Virus record (IMG/VR): IMGVR_UViG_3300044259_000094
Coordinates: 1-64,000 of that record
Strand: one strand, 5' to 3'
Source of the DNA: a virus
Length of the DNA stretch: 64,000 bases
In this document: one piece after another, positions 61,601-64,000 of the stretch
How positions within the stretch are numbered: the first letter of the stretch is position 1
Layout: each line of letters starts with the position of its first letter
Program-made: the position numbers and the translations under genes
Notes under the pieces: model-generated
Told to the model about the DNA's origin: nothing
What the model saw: the letters and a program-made list of their open reading frames with translations, nothing else
The model's database searches: none

Positions 61601-64000
61601 GTTGATCTTGGCTTGATACAGAGAGCGACCAACACGGATGAACTGATCTTTCGTGTACGCCTTGTTCTTGTCGTACTCGGTTGCATCCAGAATGGTGTTC
61701 ACCTGGGTTTGCAGACCGGCCGCAGTCGCTTCGATAGCGGTCTTGTTGTTCGTTACCTGAGTTTGCAGACCGCTGACGGTGCCTTCGATCGCCGTCTTGT
61801 TGTTGTTCACCTGAGTCTGCAACGCGGTTGCGGTGTTCTTGACGTTGGTGATTTCAGTGTTGACGTTGCCGATCGCCGTGTTGGTCGCAGCCAGGTTATT
61901 GTTAACCTGAGTTTGCAGAGCGGTCGCGGTGTTCTTGATGCCGGTAATCTGACCGTTTACATCAGTCAGAGTAGCGTTCACGCCGGCCATCTGATTAGCT
62001 ACGTCAGCCTGAATGTTAGCCAGGTCGCCCTGAACCAAATCAACTTCGGTGTTCAGGTTGTCGAGAGCGCTGTTGGCGTTAGCCATTGCCTGCTCAAGTT
62101 CTTCCTGGCCGATCTTGATGTCGGAGATGTCTTCGATTGGCTTAGCCAGTTCTTCTTCGAGGTCAGTCTTGGCAATCAGACCGGCAATCGCAGACACGCC
62201 GGCCTCGGAGTTGAAGTCCGAAACCATGCCACGCTTGTTGACGGTACGCACCCAGTACCAGTATTTCATCAGACCCGGGATACCAGTTCGGGTGTAGGTG
62301 TTGCTCGGGGTACGGTCGAGGTAGTAGGCGGTATCTACGTCATCAACGGTGTTCTCGAAGATTTCCACATAGTCGAAGTCAACGTCACCGCTGTTCACCC
62401 AGTTCAGGATGATCTGACGGAAATCGCCCACTGCGGTCAGGTCAGTAGGAGCCTTCGGTGGGTTCAGAGTGCCAAGGGTCGTGTAAGTCCCTACAAGCTC
62501 GCTAGAGAGCTTTCCGGTCACAGAGATACCTACGACCTTGAAGTCGTAGATCACGCCACCAGAGACGTTCTCAAGCGTGAAGGCTGGCTTGCTGACCTTC
62601 GTGCGCACCCAACCCGATGCACCTGCACCAGAGTTTGCACGCCAGCTGACGTAGTAGCTTGGCGACTTGCCTTCCCACGATACTTCCAGCTTGGTACCCA
62701 GCTGACCAGGAGCTACCAGATAGGTGAACTCCTCGATCTTGATGAACTCCGGGTTGGAGTTGGTTGGGTCGAGGATGGTGGTCGGCTGAGATTCGAGGTT
62801 CAGACCCTGTTCAATCGAGGCGTACTTCGAAGGGTTGTGGTCGACCACGCTGATCACAAATTGACCAGGGGTATCCGACTGCGACACACCTACGACACGC
62901 GCCAATTGAGGAACGAGGTTTGGCTCAGTGATGATCCAGGTAGCGTTTGGCTTTGGCTCTACGCTGAGCTGGGTCACGAAGGTCAGAGTATCGGTCTCGC
63001 CAATCTGGTTGACGGCCACTTCTTCGAACTTGCCATCGGGCATCTTGATGGCGATCTTGCTACCGCCCGCAACATTGACAGTCGCATCCAGCGTGCAACC
63101 GGTACGGCTCGAAGCTTTCAGACGACCGCCGTTACGCTTGCCGGCCTTGTACTGGTCTTGAATCTTGACGATATCGCCAGGCGCGCACTGTACGCCCTCG
63201 AAGCCCACTTCGAAGGTCATGACGTTGGTTTCTACGGACTCGGTGTACAGAATCCACAGACCAATACGGTGCGCTTGTGCGCGACTGGTGCAACCGAAAG
63301 CTACGGTGTCGAGCTTGCGGTAGCCCAGCTTGTTGATGAGGTCTTTGTCCTCAACGTACTCGATCTTCTGCTTGTACTGGTCGAGAGGGTCGTTCCAGGT
63401 TACATGCACGACGCTGTGACGGTCCTTACGAGCAGAACCGGTACGGTTGAATACGCCATCGATGACGTTGGAGTTGTTGTACAGGAACTGAGCGTCAGCA
63501 GGGGAGTCCTGAGTCACCTGTACAGCGCCGTTCGCCCAGTACGACATACCCCGGAATACAGAACAGATGTCCTGAATAACCTTGTAGGCGTCACGCTGTG
63601 CAGCGATCACGGTGTTGATAGTGAAACGAGGCTCTTGGCCGCCCTTGCCGTCAGTCACCATACCGTCGCAGTAGCGAGCAATGGTGTACAGCTTGGCGGA
63701 GTTGACCTGAGAGGCGTTGATGAACTCACCCAGACCGTAGCGCTTGTTTAGCAGCAGGTCACGGAGAATCCACGCAGGGTTGTTCGTGTAGCCGATCTTG
63801 AACGAGCCATCCCAGATGCCGGTGTAGGTACGGGTATCCGGGTTGTAGTTCGAAGGGATCTGAACGTACAGACCGTCAACCAGATACGACCGGGACGGGT
63901 TGTCATTCAGCTGCTCGGCGTTGATCTTGATCCCGCACATTACCGAGTTAGGGTAGGTGAGCTGGTGATCCAGAACCTCGTAGTACGAATCGATGTAGGT
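52616..64000 (-). CDS. giant tail-tip / central fibre (lambda J-like) protein, 5'-truncated by the window edge
   Basis: J-like N-terminal region (TNNPAWIL.DLL...RYGLG, GCTSR.QAHR.G.W), FN3-like domains, coiled-coil repeats, ten CBM-like modules, DUF1983-like region; frame stays open to 64000. Confidence 0.93.
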   Translation of the reverse strand, partial: TYIDSYYEVLDHQLTYPNSVMCGIKINAEQLNDNPSRSYLVDGLYVQIPSNYNPDTRTYTGIWDGSFKIGYTNNPAWILRDLLLNKRYGLGEFINASQVNSAKLYTIARYCDGMVTDGKGGQEPRFTINTVIAAQRDAYKVIQDICSVFRGMSYWANGAVQVTQDSPADAQFLYNNSNVIDGVFNRTGSARKDRHSVVHVTWNDPLDQYKQKIEYVEDKDLINKLGYRKLDTVAFGCTSRAQAHRIGLWILYTESVETNVMTFEVGFEGVQCAPGDIVKIQDQYKAGKRNGGRLKASSRTGCTLDATVNVAGGSKIAIKMPDGKFEEVAVNQIGETDTLTFVTQLSVEPKPNATWIITEPNLVPQLARVVGVSQSDTPGQFVISVVDHNPSKYASIEQGLNLESQPTTILDPTNSNPEFIKIEEFTYLVAPGQLGTKLEVSWEGKSPSYYVSWRANSGAGASGWVRTKVSKPAFTLENVSGGVIYDFKVVGISVTGKLSSELVGTYTTLGTLNPPKAPTDLTAVGDFRQIILNWVNSGDVDFDYVEIFENTVDDVDTAYYLDRTPSNTYTRTGIPGLMKYWYWVRTVNKRGMVSDFNSEAGVSAIAGLIAKTDLEEELAKPIEDISDIKIGQEELEQAMANANSALDNLNTEVDLVQGDLANIQADVANQMAGVNATLTDVNGQITGIKNTATALQTQVNNNLAATNTAIGNVNTEITNVKNTATALQTQVNNNKTAIEGTVSGLQTQVTNNKTAIEATAAGLQTQVNTILDATEYDKNKAYTKDQFIRVGRSLYQAKINVPANAAGTNAPPNGTYWRDAGSVVSSADGLAARVTTAETNIGTINGTLTSQASTINGIQTTLNGKADASALTALTTRVTAAEGVNTSQGTAITNLTNSVAGKADASAVNALTTRVTAAEGTITSQGNSLTSVQATLGNIAGNGSNMVPAQYSWLTSATLPTTPLNTGTTVVGVAVAEAISGFGYKFTAGSNSAGLFFMLCPSNNAAGYNIPIEPGIYLVSFYASTTTGASIRANLWNGASRYTTTTALSATRTRYSLPVTVTDSAKIAVTLYPNVGGVTGTEVIIDSVMLEKRIGESNVASPFVAGPTASQIAGLASATSALDARVTAAEGVNTSQATSITNLNTSLASKADASALATKADASALNALTTRVTTAEGNITSQGNSITSLNNSLAGKADVSAVNALTTRVTAAEDTLTSQGNSLTSVQATLGNIGGAGSNMLPAEYNVFAANPPVLSSNAVYSIVGDADAATFNGYALKITALTSANGAMYFVPSGPSSITYAHANMGFKRGKYILSYYARSAVAGHTIAPFLKSISSDGSSVNSTIVTQNQALTTSWTRYSAVIDMTSATHVGDMMLLCLQTNVSAVANRIFWLDKIMIEPMIGENTSPSAFVLGDSFRQTLTNATANTALEARVTAAEGVNTSQSSSITTLTNNLADKADASALTALNNTVTQQGSTLTAQGSQITTIQTGLNALPQENLMYDPDFTDGRNAFPTVSNVTITNVDRTDASAPAAAPSPRLLKFVYAASSTGNIYQRTAWPVLLRDTTGRLAVQEGEVYDVSFTVYREGTSDRQFGIWVQPYSLNGTSINHGWLTPSSTSITGVNGQWVTISGSITIPATAVSLNITLRASIHAEPLTVWVGRPVIQRRSVQARNQADATSALSARVTDAEGTITSQGSAITGLNNSLAGKADASALTALTTRVTAAEGVNTSQGNSITSLNNSVAGKADTTALNALTTRVTTAENSITSQSNSITSLTASMDAIGGTGTNLVPAEYSTFGATKPDIVYATSLSETVVDAQAFNGYALKVTSANTSTSAAIYLSPTPEDYASANIACKPGKYILSYYAKTDTAGHTIAVFARTRNSAGSAASSAGAPQDALTTSWQRYSSVVDLTGSGFADKDKMIVGIQINRSGVAGRVIYLDRFMLEPMVGSNTAPSVFVPGNSLRQAAALGSAVQALDVRLTSAEGVNTSQATSITNLTSSLAGKADASALTALTTRVTAAEGVNTTQANSITSLNTSMANTSQDNLLRNPDFNAAGDLISGTADFPIQYFSKTDAGVPAAAPANRLLCMSKAGNVSGWGGNALYFTNGSNRTAATPGEVLNVECQMYCENATLNAGKIAITYWINGSTSVNGNVRILGYDMAAGGWQKLSVQVTVPAQTTEVSLYLVPDAPAVVGFKMWVANLSLSRQNAAERSLATATQALDTRVTAAEGTLTSQGSSITSLNNTVAGKADTSALNALTTRVTAAEGVNTSQGTSITNLNTSVSAIGGAGTNLVPAEYACFMDATVPPMTYATNVGTVVADPQGLGGFVYKTTSVNTTNSVTIYTVNGTDVYENYRMPFKRGKYIISFYAKAETAGHQVSLFLRAKDAAGGTANPTTVVHTLTTDWARYSVVVDHDTSAYDNKDRMSLGIQFNRSGVSGRVVYWDRFMVEPMIGSNSNPSVFVPGSSYIQTAALGAATQSLDSRVTAAEGTLTSQGSAITNLNNSLTGKADASALTALTTRVTAAEGVNTSQGTSITNLNNSVNAIGGTGSNMMPAEYSAFTSDAPVTSTNSAYSVGVEADVAAFSGYAFKVTTNNTTNSTMYFAPSAGSSIIYAHANMGFKRTKYILSYYAKAAVAGHTIAPFLKTIRSSDNASVNSTISSQNQALTTDWVRYSAVIDMTSASHVGDLMMLCLQTNVSVTSGRTFWLDKIMIEEAIGSNTAPSVFEPGNSFRQSALNASAVTALTTRVTAAEGVNTSQGTAITSLNNSIGNKADVSALNALTTRVTTAEGTISSQGTSLTNVSATLGNIAGNGSNLLASTYSWVTSTSIPATTVSNASRVGVAVAEATSGFGYKATSTTTNSGAYLMLAPSNSAAGWNLPLDPGTYICSFYASSPNGSQVQLSMYDGAQRMTSTFNIGTTRARYSGVITVTAATKVGYTFFFNRNGVVGTEVTIDSVMIERQIAGGTEPSVFAAGPIAAEVAGLATAQTALDARVTAAEGVNTTQATQITNLTTTVNGKADASALTALTTRVTTAENNITSQSGSITNLTSSLGNIATENFIEDPTFATSTGMTNTSSATVVQRADAPVGCPSGRAVKWSVAQSTGNNYSGFIVSPNVRFGGSRLHDMMTTGGEVYDFEVYIYSTVAARVFGIWVQQYDAANASIGHTWATTGGDGVQTSQTANAWVKVTGTWTVAPDCLRVAMNLRVSAGSAGDFYISKPSFTKRSGQLSAQAAAIQTLDTRVTTAEGTLTSQGSAITSLNNTVANKADTSALNALTTRVTTAEGTITSQGNAVTALQSTVGGIGGSGSNLNPSEYSVFGPNKPTIGAISTGLTYDTVVDSAALGGYALKFATSSTSTTVACYLHTSNVVGAVGSFPISYDNSKYILSFYAKASVAGHQIRAFTRYVTSTATVGSTTSALFSLTTGWVRYSMVIDMTNATTFSGTQMAVALQPNVSGVSGRDIFFDRIMIEKQIGTNTTPSTFEAGTSYTQAQAQATALNSLTTRVTTAEGNITSQASSISTLQSSVGTNTASISTTSTALSTLDGKLSASWTAKVQVSSDGTQYFAGMGIGIQNTSQGITQSQIAFQADRIVMINPGNSNAIAPFQVVGGIVRLNVATIAAATITTAHIADAAITYAKIGTAQIADTHIMNGHITNAKIQDLAVDTIKIAGNAVTIPYYAQVNGNGGATAVISYPAAVNLAIIVTANRSSKYIGGQPIYINLYNSAGTLLSRVVGGYTNGFYYQGDYNPSTSCASYSFYVGAGSYYVTVDSDAQSSYGITIIGAMK

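Noticed and set aside
53400-61950. Recurrent DNA repeats that could be read as a CRISPR array or a DGR template/variable repeat pair
   Set aside because: The repeats are in-frame, vary at synonymous positions and encode coiled-coil spacers. No cas or reverse transcriptase gene and no adenine-specific variation were seen.
1-64000. tRNA, rRNA, integrase, transposase, parAB, sigma factor, DNA methyltransferase
   Set aside because: None was recognised in this window. Lifestyle (lytic versus phage-plasmid) and the source of any DNA modification cannot be determined from it.

Overview
This window is a 64-kb segment of a large tailed dsDNA phage, probably siphovirus-like with a Pseudomonas-type host. 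That assignment is inferred from about 55% GC, codon style and gene content; the gene set and order recall SSU5/pHCM2-type phage-plasmids and related lytic phages. Every credible gene lies on the minus strand, so the genome reads right to left. In that order it contains: (1) a 5'-truncated giant tail-tip/central fibre gene (>3774 aa) with ten carbohydrate-binding-like modules; (2) a lysis cassette (holin, SAR lysozyme, i- and o-spanin) and phoH; (3) a replication/recombination block (DnaB-like helicase, primase, ATP-dependent ligase, CobT-like vWA and CobS-like AAA+ proteins, DnaE with a C-terminal UDG-like domain, UvsY-like protein, gp32-like SSB, 5'-3' exonuclease, RecA, SbcDC, HNH, RuvC-like); (4) nucleotide metabolism (nrdA, nrdB, thyA, extended DHFR, Nudix, dNMP kinase, DnaQ); and (5) about 13 kb of small accessory genes. 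Three patterns are not explained by the gene list. First, about 19 copies of a non-canonical promoter, CC-N8-CC-N13-(-10 box), often with the -10 inside a hairpin. Second, CC/GG dinucleotides are excluded downstream of these promoters and in five 110-180 bp islands spaced about 10-15 kb apart, some inside essential genes. Third, at least ten unrelated proteins share a C-terminal tag, hydrophobic-G-x-[W/F]-[A/S/V]-stop. No tRNA, rRNA, CRISPR array, integrase or transposase was recognised. All calls were made by eye; no searches were run.
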